Positions 1 through 7,812 are shown, counted from the first letter of the stretch. The stretch: 11,773 bases of DNA from an uncultured Holophagales bacterium (GCA_963842525.1 CAWJGT010000016.1:1-11773); one strand, 5' to 3'. Notes: generated from the letters alone by a model not told the origin. Translations and numbers: made by a program.

Positions 1-25
1 ATGCGGCTTGCTCCTCCAAAAGGTC

Positions 26-696
26 ATGACGAACGAATCTCCCTACCGCGGCGTCCTCCTCGATCTCGACGGCACCCTGGTCGACAGCAACGACGCGCAC
101 GCCCGCGCCTGGCACGAGGCCCTGGCCGGGAACGGCTACGACCTCCCCTACGAAGAGATCCGGCGGCTGATCGGCATGGGCGGCGACAACCTCCTCCCGG
201 CGGCGATCGGAGTCGACAAGGAGTCCGAGATCGGCCAGAGGGTCAGCGAGCGCCGCGGCCAGATCTTCAAGGAGCGCTACCTGCCGCACCTCCGCCCCTT
301 CCCCGGAGCCCGCGACCTCGTCAAGCGGATGCGGGACGACGAGCTCCGCCTCGCCGTGGCTACCTCGGCACCCGAGGACGAAGCCCACGCGCTGATCGAG
401 ATCGCCGGCATCGCGGACCTGCTGGACGAGCGCACCTCGGCAGACGACGCCGAGAAGCTCGAAGCCCGATCCGGACATCATCCACGCCGCCCTCGACGAG
501 CTCGGGCTCCCCAAGGAGGAAGCCCTCCTCCTCGGCGATACGCCGTACGACATCGGCGCGGCCGGCAAGGCCGGGATCGGCACCATCGCCTTCCGCTGCG
601 GCGGCTTCTCCGACCAGGACCTCGCCGGGGCCATCGCCATCTACGACGGCCCGGCCGACCTGCTGGCGCGGTACGAGGAGTCGCCGCTGGCCGTGA
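26..696 (+). CDS. HAD-superfamily hydrolase (class IA, phosphoglycolate phosphatase-like), frameshifted at ~458
   Basis: ATG at 26 gives motif I ([11 protein letters not shown]) and motif II (AVATS) in frame +2. After one extra base at ~458, frame +3 continues [39 protein letters not shown], which holds motifs III (KPxP) and IV (GDTxxD), then ...[16 protein letters not shown]. The nearest plausible stop, TGA 694-696, is out of frame, so the end is approximate. Confidence 0.88.
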
Positions 697-733
697 AGGT
701 CAGGGCTACCTGGCTCGAGATAGTCTCTCTGCC

Positions 734-1207
734 ATGGAATCGCCGACCGCCACCTTCACCCTGCGCTCCATCGGCATCATCCATTCTCCCTTTACGGCGA
801 CTCACGAGATCCCCAAGGGGCTGGGGGTGGAGCACCGCGAGGAAGGGACGATCGAGATCTTCCCGGAGTACGAGGACGGTCTCCAGGATATCGAGGGGTT
901 CTCGCACCTCTATGTGCTCTGGGTCTTCGATCGCGCCGGTGCTCTCCCGCAGACCTGGGTGGGTACACCGCCGGCGGATAACCGGCCGCACGGCGTCTTC
1001 GCCACCCGCTCGCCACGCCGGCCGAATCCGCTGGCGCTCACGGTCGTCGAGCTTCTCCGCCGCGAAGGCCGCGTCCTCTCCGTCCGCGGCGTCGACATGC
1101 TGGACGGCACGCCGGTGCTCGATCTCAAACCCTACCTCTCAAGCATCCCCGAGGAACAGCTCCGCCGCGGCTGGCTGGCGGAAGCCGAGGCGCGCAGGAA
1201 GCCCTGA
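734..1207 (+). CDS. trmO: tRNA (N6-threonylcarbamoyladenosine(37)-N6)-methyltransferase TrmO (TsaA/YaeB family)
   Basis: ATG at 734 ([20 protein letters not shown]). Family motifs [33 protein letters not shown] and [16 protein letters not shown] are present. It is the C-terminal part of the 8..1207 ORF. Confidence 0.93.
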   Translation: MESPTATFTLRSIGIIHSPFTATHEIPKGLGVEHREEGTIEIFPEYEDGLQDIEGFSHLYVLWVFDRAGALPQTWVGTPPADNRPHGVFATRSPRRPNPLALTVVELLRREGRVLSVRGVDMLDGTPVLDLKPYLSSIPEEQLRRGWLAEAEARRKP

Positions 1208-1227
1208 AGACGGGAACTCGCCTGGGC

Positions 1228-1248
1228 GCCGTGTCCTGTAGGCATGCT
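1228..1248. repeat. Solitary degenerate piece of the 42-bp array unit
   Basis: gccgtgtcctgtaggca-tgct aligns with gccgtttcctgtagtcaatgct of array unit 1 at 19 of 22 columns. The G variant (tcctgtaggca) occurs in unit 4. Confidence 0.55.
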
Positions 1249-1278
1249 GGTCAACGCCTGCCGCTGGCGCCCCCAAGG

Positions 1279-1284
1279 TATAAT
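1279..1284 (+). promoter_or_regulatory. Candidate sigma70 -10 element (TATAAT) upstream of the small ORF at 1378
   Basis: Perfect TATAAT in a GC-rich intergenic stretch; no clear -35 element seen. Confidence 0.35.
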
Positions 1285-1377
1285 TCTGCCGGGCTGGCCG
1301 GGCTAGGGGGGCACCGGATTCCTCCGGACGTCTGTCAGAGGCCCGCCCATCTCAGGAATGAGGAGGAGGACTCAGAC

Positions 1378-1632
1378 ATGTCTGGCCAGCCTGCGGTCGA
1401 GATTACTGTCCCTAACGTGAAGATGAGCTTCGACCAATTACTGGCGGTCATCCGACAGCTCGACGAGCCGGGTCGCGCGTTGATCGCCCGGGTCCTTCTC
1501 GAGTCGAAGATGGACGACGAGTTGCGCCACCTCTTGCTGGAGCTCTCCAGAAACGCCACCGGCTCGACGACATCACCGACGCCGAGATCCAGGCCCAGGT
1601 GCGAGCGGTGCGCAAGTCGAGAGCCTCGATGA
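1378..1632 (+). CDS. Small hypothetical, antitoxin-like protein; frameshifted at ~1552-1563
   Basis: Strong RBS (gaggaggagga) precedes ATG 1378: MSGQPAVEITVPNVKMSFDQLLAVIRQLDEPGRALIARVLLESKMDDEL. Frame +3 from 1566 reads DDITDAEIQAQVRAVRKSRA, resembling the 'D.EI.AEV.AVR' tail of small proteins found next to PIN toxins (recalled pattern, not searched). Confidence 0.55.
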   Translation: MSGQPAVEITVPNVKMSFDQLLAVIRQLDEPGRALIARVLLESKMDDELRHLLLELSRNATGSTTSPTPRSRPRCERCASREPR

Positions 1633-1677
1633 AGATGGCCGAGCACGGCGTGGAAATATGGGGCGTAGAAGGTTTTC

Positions 1678-2406
1678 TCAGCCGCCTGTAGCGCCGTCGT
1701 TGTGAGGCCCGGGGTTCGGCTGGCACCCGCCGCGGCTGGCTAGCGGAAGCCGAGACGGGCAGGAACGCGGAGAGTTCAGGCTCGACCTTTCCGGCGCGAT
1801 CGGCACCCTCCGGTACTCGATGTACCGCGCTGTCTCGTCCGCCACCTCTTTGCCGAAGAGCGACTCGACGAGGTAGAAGGCCATGTCGATCCCCGAGGCC
1901 ACGCCGGCCGAGCTGATGACGTCGTCGTCCACCACCCGCAGCTCGCGCTCCACGGTGACGCCCGCGTCGAGCGAGCCGAGGAGGTCGAGCGCGCCCCAGT
2001 GGGTGGTGGCCCGCCGGCCGCGGAGGAGACCGGCCGTTCCCAGGAGGAGGGAGCCAGTGCAGACCGAGGTGACGTAGCGGGCGGTACCGGCCGTGCGGCG
2101 GATCCAGTCCAGGGTCTCTTCGTCGTGAAGGAGGGCACGGGTGCCGAAGCCGCCGGGGACGAGCAGGAGATCGATCTCCGGGGCGTCGGCGAAGCCATAG
2201 CGGGGGACGACCACAAGGCCGCCCGTGGCCGCGATCGGATCACGGGTCCGGGCCACAGTGAAGACGTCGAAGGGCGCCGTCTCCTCCGAGCGCCGGGAGT
2301 CGAGCCCGTGCGCCAGGCGGGTGCGCGAGAACACCTCGAAGGGCCCGGCGAAGTCGAGCACCTCCACATTGTCGAAAATCAGGATTCCGGTCTGGATTCG
2401 CTCCAT
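1678..2406 (-). CDS. DJ-1/PfpI family protein (isonitrile hydratase InhA-like)
   Basis: GILIFDNVEVLDFAGPFEVF, LLVPGG, nucleophile elbow SVCTGS, ATTHW and SSAGVASGIDMA are present; RBS gagaggag. The family-like sequence ends at ...TARYIEY (~1813), so the true stop is probably near 1776-1785 and the tail to 1678 looks like read-through. Confidence 0.93.
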   Translation of the reverse strand: MERIQTGILIFDNVEVLDFAGPFEVFSRTRLAHGLDSRRSEETAPFDVFTVARTRDPIAATGGLVVVPRYGFADAPEIDLLLVPGGFGTRALLHDEETLDWIRRTAGTARYVTSVCTGSLLLGTAGLLRGRRATTHWGALDLLGSLDAGVTVERELRVVDDDVISSAGVASGIDMAFYLVESLFGKEVADETARYIEYRRVPIAPERSSLNSPRSCPSRLPLASRGGCQPNPGPHNDGATGG

Positions 2407-2465
2407 GGGCTCCTCTCCCTGTCTCGGGGGTTACAATATCGTAGGAGGCTTCAGGAGGAAATTCT
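2407..2465. promoter_or_regulatory. Short divergent promoter region between the DJ-1/PfpI and nitrilase genes
   Basis: TACAAT on the + strand (2432-2437) and TACGAT on the - strand (~2438-2443). RBS aggagg precedes GTG 2466. Confidence 0.4.
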
Positions 2466-3200
2466 GTGAGGGTTGCCGCCTACCAGGCTCCTCTTCTTCC
2501 CTGCGGTTCCATGGAGGCAGTCGAGCTGATTCGTAAAAGGGTCGATTGGTGTGAAGCAGAGGGAGTGGAAATCCTCTGTTGCCCGGAGGCCATCCTTGGA
2601 GGTCTCGCGGACTACGCGGCATGCCCGACCGATCTTGCAATTGATGTGGAAAACGGTCAGCTCAGCGCCGTACTGGCACCGCTTGCAAGCGACACGGTTA
2701 CAACAATTGTTGGGTTTACGGAGATTTGCGGGGCAGGCCAGCTCTACAACTCGGCTGCGGTCTTTCACAAAGGAGCCGTCGTCGGCTTGTATCGCAAGCT
2801 GTATCCGGCGATCAGGAAGTCGATCTATCAGGCAGGGGACCAAATCCCCGTTTTCAGAATCGGCGGTCTGACCTTCGGGATCGTCATCTGCAACGACTCC
2901 AACTATCCCGAGCCAGCGAGAATCATGGCCGCCCAAGGAGCGACGGCGCTGTTCGTGCCCACGAACAACGGCCTCCCTCCGGAGAAGGCAGACGTCGTCA
3001 TTCACGCCAGAAATGCCGACATCGCGCGGGCGATAGAAAACCGCGTATCGGTCATCCGTGCCGATGTCGCAGGCCGCACTGCGGATCTGGTGTCCTACGG
3101 ATCGTCCGGCATCGTCGATCCCGGTGGAACGGTCCTTCAGTCGGCGCAGCGACTCACTGAGGATCTCCTGGTGGCAGACCTTGAAACCGCAGCCTGTTAG
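2466..3200 (+). CDS. Carbon-nitrogen hydrolase (nitrilase superfamily) protein
   Basis: Glu-Lys-Cys triad motifs CCPEA, YRKLY and ICNDSNYPE; also YNSAAVF, RAIEN and GSSGIVDPGG. GTG start with RBS. Visibly more AT-rich than its neighbours. Confidence 0.93.
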   Translation: MRVAAYQAPLLPCGSMEAVELIRKRVDWCEAEGVEILCCPEAILGGLADYAACPTDLAIDVENGQLSAVLAPLASDTVTTIVGFTEICGAGQLYNSAAVFHKGAVVGLYRKLYPAIRKSIYQAGDQIPVFRIGGLTFGIVICNDSNYPEPARIMAAQGATALFVPTNNGLPPEKADVVIHARNADIARAIENRVSVIRADVAGRTADLVSYGSSGIVDPGGTVLQSAQRLTEDLLVADLETAAC

Positions 3201-3260
3201 CCAATCTCCTCACGACCCCCGAATGAAGTGCCAGGGAATTCGGCTGGTACCCGGTCCGGC

Positions 3261-3755
3261 TCAGTCCGGGCCGATGTAGCCAAGGGCGCCGACCAGCTCC
3301 CTCAGAGTCTCCCTCGCTTCCGGAGAGAGAGGACGCGGCTTCTCGGCGGCGGGGGCGGCAGCCGGGGGAGTCTTCCGCTTTACTCGAGGAGGCTCGGGCT
3401 TCTCCCGGCCAGCGACGGTGAGAAGGAAGACGTCCATGGCCAGGACGAGCGTGCCCACCAGGGCCGCGGCCGTGGCCGTGATGCGACGGACGGCGCGCCG
3501 GAACTTGGCGCGCAAGCCGACCGGGCAGTCACGGGTCAGGATGGTCCCATCGGACCTTTGAAAAAATTTCGCGCAGAGGCGGCCCTCTTTTTCGGCGATG
3601 AGCCGCTCGGCCTCCTGCCGAGTCAGGGCGCTCAGATTGTAAACGCTCCTCTCGCAAAGGCGGCAGAAGCGGGCGCGGTCATCCCCCGCCATCTCCTCCC
3701 ACTTCGCGGGACAGGGAGACGCGATCCGGATGTAGTCCAGAGTGGTGGTTGCCAT
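3261..3755 (-). CDS. Hypothetical protein with an N-terminal Cys-rich domain and one hydrophobic (TM-like) segment
   Basis: ATG at 3755: MATTTLDYIRIASPCPAKWEEMAGDDRARFCRLCERSVYNLS...LCAKFFQRSDGTILTRDCPVG, followed by hydrophobic ITATAAALVGTLVLAMDVFLLTVA. An extended -10-like TGCTAGAAT lies at 3772-3780 on the - strand. Confidence 0.75.
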   Translation of the reverse strand: MATTTLDYIRIASPCPAKWEEMAGDDRARFCRLCERSVYNLSALTRQEAERLIAEKEGRLCAKFFQRSDGTILTRDCPVGLRAKFRRAVRRITATAAALVGTLVLAMDVFLLTVAGREKPEPPRVKRKTPPAAAPAAEKPRPLSPEARETLRELVGALGYIGPD

Positions 3756-3774
3756 GCCTATAGCCCTCGTCATT

Positions 3775-5736
3775 CTAGCACCTGGGAGACTGTTGCGCCC
3801 CTCGACCGCTCCGCCCGGAACGACCAATCCGATTCCCTTCTTCCGCCTTCACAATAGGGAGATTTGAGAGATCTATTTCGACCCGGTCGTTAATCCTGAG
3901 CAATCCTAGGTCACAGAGGAGCCTGTTGACCGGATCCCTCCAGACGAGACCTTGAGACCAACCCTCCTCGTGGACGAAATAGAAGGGCACAGGAATCAGC
4001 TCAAGGATCTCAGCTCGGGATAAATAAAAGTTAACCGCAAACTTATCCAGCGTCTGCCACACATCAACGGCAGCCCCCGGCCGAAAGTGCACCGTAACCC
4101 GCGTACCGGTCCTCTTCGGTGGACCGGCTTCCTCGTCCGAAGCAGGCTTTTGATAGAGAACGCTTGGCTCCGGCCTGGCCAGCCGTCGTGCTACGAAATA
4201 CTTCGACGGTCCCTCGATCTGAATGTGGAGAGGATCGTATCCTTCCTGATGTGTCTCGATCTCGAAGCGATCTCCGACCAGGAAACAAGACAAGATGCCA
4301 ATGCCGAACTGTGAGCAGGCGTCGAGTTCTTTGCCGTGCTCCTGCAGACGCTGGCGCTCAGCATCGAACTCCGGCGAGCGGTAGTAGCTCCGACCGATGC
4401 GCAGGAAATACTGTTCGACGATGCGCTGCGACATGCCGACACCATTGTCCTGGAAAATGACCCGGGGATCATTTAGATCATCGGTGCGGTCCCAGACGAC
4501 AATCCTCGGCATGTAGGCGATGCCATTCACCTGCGTGTCCGCTTCTTTTCTTCGGCAGGCATCCAGAGCGTTCTGGAGGAGCTCGCGGAGGAAGAGACTC
4601 GGGTCGGGATAGAGGCTCTTGTCCATCAGGAGCGTGAGGATGTTCTCGTACTCGAGCTGGAACCGGAAGGCTCCCGCCACATAGCTCGGGTCCGCCATCC
4701 GGACCTTGTGGCGGTCCACCACTTGCTGCAGGAATAGCTTGTAACGCTCGGCCGTCGTCTGCGGCTTGTTCTCGACCAGATAACGACTCTGCCGGAGCTC
4801 GACGTCGATCCAGTCGAGGAATTCATGGACGGCGACATAGAAGACTGGGTACGTGCAGGGGATGTCGAAGGCCACCTGCGTGGGCGTGATCACATAGCCT
4901 TTCACCTGAAGATGCTTGTTCCACTCCTCCCAGGACTTCGGCTCGGAGAAGTCGAGGTGCTGGAAGACGGCTAGGGGAGTCCTGGACCGGTCGAAGTCGA
5001 GAATGTCCGCAAGCCGGAGGATGCAGGCAAGATATTGGAGGTTTACCCGCACGACATAGAGCCGGGTGTCGTCGTCGAGCCAAGCCACGGCCTTCCCGGG
5101 ATGATGGGCGTCGTTGCTCTCTTCAACACCCCACGCGTGGCTTTCGCAGAGGCGGGCGAGGTCGTCCGCGAAGTCGATCTCCCGGTACTGGAACCGGCCG
5201 GCCAGGTGTCTTTCCATGAACTGCCGGACCCGCTCCGGATGGAGACGGCGGTAGTACTCGGCGAGCAGGGCGTCCTCGATCGCCCGGGCGCGGGGCTCGT
5301 TGCCGGCCGAGCGAGCCTCGTCGATCGCCTTGTTCCGGTCGGCGTGGCCTTCTACCTGAAAGCGCCGGAAGCCCTGGGAGAGGAAGGTCTCCGCCTTCTC
5401 GTGATCGGTCACCACCATGCCGATGTCGTGGAGGAGCGCCGAAAGGAGAAGGAAGGTGATCTCAAGCGCGTTCAGCTTCGCGAGGGTCTCAGGCGGGAGG
5501 ATCTCCCCCATCCGGGTAATCACGTTCTTGCAGTGGCGGATGTCGTGGACGGTGTACTGCCGGAAGGTCACCGGGATCAGGGCCATGGCCGGCCCGACGG
5601 CGTCGGCGACTTCGTTCACCAGCCCTTTCAGGCGGACAACGTCCGTGGCCGCTATCGAATCCCGGCCGGCGGCGTTATCCAGCTCCTGATAGAGCGGCAA
5701 GTCGGAGATCAGGTCCGCGAATTCGGCCAAGGGCAC
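3775..5736 (-). CDS. HD-domain (HD-CE type) + HSP90-like GHKL ATPase fusion protein, probably C-terminally truncated
   Basis: HD motifs: YTVHDIRH, ALLHDIGM, RRLHPER, ESHAW, LRLADILD, WNKH. GHKL motifs: LYPDPSLFLRELLQNALDA, DNGVGMS, SQFGIGILSCF, GTRVTV. The start may be TTG 5730, which is better spaced from the GGAGG RBS than GTG 5736. Confidence 0.88.
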   Translation of the reverse strand: MPLAEFADLISDLPLYQELDNAAGRDSIAATDVVRLKGLVNEVADAVGPAMALIPVTFRQYTVHDIRHCKNVITRMGEILPPETLAKLNALEITFLLLSALLHDIGMVVTDHEKAETFLSQGFRRFQVEGHADRNKAIDEARSAGNEPRARAIEDALLAEYYRRLHPERVRQFMERHLAGRFQYREIDFADDLARLCESHAWGVEESNDAHHPGKAVAWLDDDTRLYVVRVNLQYLACILRLADILDFDRSRTPLAVFQHLDFSEPKSWEEWNKHLQVKGYVITPTQVAFDIPCTYPVFYVAVHEFLDWIDVELRQSRYLVENKPQTTAERYKLFLQQVVDRHKVRMADPSYVAGAFRFQLEYENILTLLMDKSLYPDPSLFLRELLQNALDACRRKEADTQVNGIAYMPRIVVWDRTDDLNDPRVIFQDNGVGMSQRIVEQYFLRIGRSYYRSPEFDAERQRLQEHGKELDACSQFGIGILSCFLVGDRFEIETHQEGYDPLHIQIEGPSKYFVARRLARPEPSVLYQKPASDEEAGPPKRTGTRVTVHFRPGAAVDVWQTLDKFAVNFYLSRAEILELIPVPFYFVHEEGWSQGLVWRDPVNRLLCDLGLLRINDRVEIDLSNLPIVKAEEGNRIGRSGRSGRGAQQSPRC

Positions 5737-5853
5737 CTCCTAACAAGGGTAGGGCGCCCTGTGATTTTATGACAAGCGGTTCACTTCGGCAGTGGCCCAC
5801 GCTGATTCTCGACCTGCCGCCGGATTCTGGCGGAGCCCCTCAGGGCTCAAACC

Positions 5854-5871
5854 TCAGGTGACCCACTGGAG
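5854..5871. repeat. 18-bp direct repeat of the 3' end of the AhpD-like gene (8062-8079)
   Basis: tcaggtgacccactggag versus tcaggtgacccgctggag, 17/18 identical. Confidence 0.7.
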
Positions 5872-5872
5872 T

Positions 5873-5943
5873 GGTGCTCTCCCGTAGACCTGGGTGGAAA
5901 CACCGCCAATGGATGACCGGCCGCACGGCGTCTTCGCCACCCG
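5873..5943 (+). pseudogene. trmO: Degenerate internal fragment of trmO (copy of 938-1008)
   Basis: Ungapped 64/71 nt identity to 938-1008. Reads [23 protein letters not shown], with a CAG>TAG stop. Confidence 0.92.
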
Positions 5944-6188
5944 AGGCCCGGGCTCTTCTCCTTGCCTCTCCTCCTGAAAGTCCTCGCTCGTCGTGGCTCA
6001 CACTGGCGTGGAGATCTCGCGGAGCGTGCGGCGGCTCACAGGCACCGGGCCCTTTTTGACGCAGGCCAGACTGCGGCTGCCGGCGACCGGAGTGCCTGCC
6101 TCTCCATCCAGAGTGTGGGCGCCAGGTACCGGACTCGGTGGAGCCGCAACCCCCTTGAGGACGACATCGAGCCGGCTGCAGGTCTCGC

Positions 6189-6498
6189 GGACCCGGGTCC
6201 GCGGGCCGTTTCCTGTAGTCAATGCTTGAGGAACCCGGGTCCGCGAGCCGTTTCCTACAGTCAATGCTTGAAGGCCCCGGGTCAGTGGCCCGTTTCCTTT
6301 AGCCCTTGCTACAGGGACCCGGGTCCGCGGGCCATTTCCTGTAGGCAATGCTAAAGGGACCGCGGTCCGCGGGGCGTTTCCTGTAGTCAATGCTACAAGG
6401 CCCCGGGTCCGCGAGACGTTTCCTGTAGTCAATGCTTGAAGGCCCCGGGTCCGCGGGACGTTTCCTACAGTCAATGCTTGAAGGACCGCGGTCCGTGG
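6189..6498. repeat. 42-bp tandem repeat array, 7 full units plus 1 partial
   Basis: Units start at 6189, 6231, 6273, 6315, 6357, 6399, 6441 and 6483. Consensus is about GG(A/C)CCCGGGTCCGCGGGCCGTTTCCTGTAGTCAATGCTTGAA. There are no unique spacers. Confidence 0.96.
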
Positions 6499-6521
6499 CA
6501 TGTGGACTCGAGACAACGTGA

Positions 6522-7812
6522 TCAGACCGCCACACCCTGGAATACGAGAGGGATACTTCGGTCCAGCCCCGGTCCCACTTCTGCCACCTCTGCCAAAGGC
6601 GTTCGATCGCTGCCGCCCCGGGGGATCGCAAACTCATCGAGGCCCTGGTCCAGGACGGCTGCGAAGCGATCCAACTGCTCCTTGCGGTGGCCTGCCGTGA
6701 TCGATACACGCAGGCGCGCCGAGCCTTTGGGGACGACCGGATGCGGAATCCCCTGCACGAAAAAGCCGCGCTGCTGGCAGTAGTGCGCGAGCCGGAATGC
6801 CGCCCAGTCCTCGCCACAGATCACAGGGAAGATTGCGGTCGTGCTGTCGATGTACGAAAGACCGATCGTCCGGAGAGCCGCCGCGAAATGACGAATGTTG
6901 TCGTGCAGACGTGTGAGACGCTCGGGCTCGTCCTGGATCACGCGCAGAGCTTCGAGCGCCGCGGCGGCAGCGGGTGGAGGCAGCGCGGCGGAATAGATGA
7001 AGCCGCGTCCCTGCACTGCGAGGAAGTCGCAGAGGCGGCGACTGCCCGCGATATACCCGCCAGCGCTGGGAATCGCTTTGCTCAGGGTGCCCATCTTGAT
7101 GTCGATGGTGTCCGCCGGGAGGCCAAAATGCTCCTCGATGCCACGGCCGCTCGCTCCGAGCATCCCGAGCGAGTGCGCCTCGTCCACCATGAGGAGGGCG
7201 CCGTGCCGCCGGCAGAGCCGGCTCGATCTCCGGCAGGTTGGCAATGTCGCCGTCCATGCTAAAAACGGCATCCACGACCACTAGCTTGCGCCCTGGATGG
7301 GCACGGTCGGCCAGGATGGCGGCGAGGTGCTCCATGTCGTTGTGCCGGAACCTGACGAGCCTGGCGCGGGAAAGGCCGCAGCCGTCCACGATGGATGCAT
7401 GATCGAGCTTGTCGCAGATGACGGTGTCGTGGCGTCCGACGACGCTGGTGATGGCGGAGACGTTGGCCGCGTAGCCGCTGGTGAAGGTGATGGCGGACTC
7501 AGTGCCCTTGAAGCGCGCCAGCTCCGCCTCGAGCTCCCGATGGATGGCCAACGTGCCCGCGAGGAGCCGCGCGCCATGAGCACCGGTGCCGTAGTGGGAG
7601 ATGGCGTCCTGCGTGGCCCGATTGATCCGCGGATGACCGTTGAGCGCGAGATATGAGTAGCTGCCGAACAGGATCATGTCGCCATGCTCGGCGACCTCGA
7701 CGTGCTCGTCTTCTTGGTAGGTCTCAATGGCCTGCTGATAGAAAAAAAGGCCTTCCTCGCGAAGCCTCGCGATAGGCCAGAACGGCTCGAATGGGTGAGT
7801 GTGGGTGTGCAT
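6522..7812 (-). CDS. PLP-dependent alpha-oxoamine synthase (BioF/Kbl/serine palmitoyltransferase family), frameshifted at ~7224
   Basis: First frame: FGSYSYLAL, GARLLAGT, FTSGYAAN, DKLDHASIVDG, FRHND, VFSMDGD. After one extra base at 7224: VDEAHSLG, PLP-lysine motif GTLSKA, IYSAALPP, ARLRVSITAGH. RBS ggagg precedes ATG 7812. Confidence 0.92.

Noticed and set aside
8-1207. 399-aa HAD-TrmO fusion ORF
   Set aside because: The linker is out-of-frame Arg-rich text. The real HAD C-terminus is in frame +3 after a one-base insertion, and trmO has its own ATG at 734.
3775-5736. htpG chaperone
   Set aside because: It has a large N-terminal HD domain and lacks the HtpG middle and dimerisation domains.
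5873-5943. DGR template/variable repeat pair with trmO 938-1008
   Set aside because: The differences include C/T changes and a nonsense codon rather than being adenine-restricted. There is no reverse transcriptase, and the target is a conserved enzyme core.
6189-6498. CRISPR array
   Set aside because: Units are contiguous and similar along their full length, with no unique spacers and no cas genes in the window.
5998-6516. 14-aa repeat protein ORF (QALTTGNGPRTRG..) and other ORFs across the array
   Set aside because: Several frames are open simply because the 42-bp unit is a multiple of 3. There is no clear RBS and no obvious synonymous bias. Not excluded, but unsupported.
7215-7235. Programmed ribosomal frameshift in the oxoamine synthase gene (and at 458 and 9497)
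   Set aside because: There are no slippery heptamers, and multiple unrelated genes show the same kind of break, which favours sequencing error.
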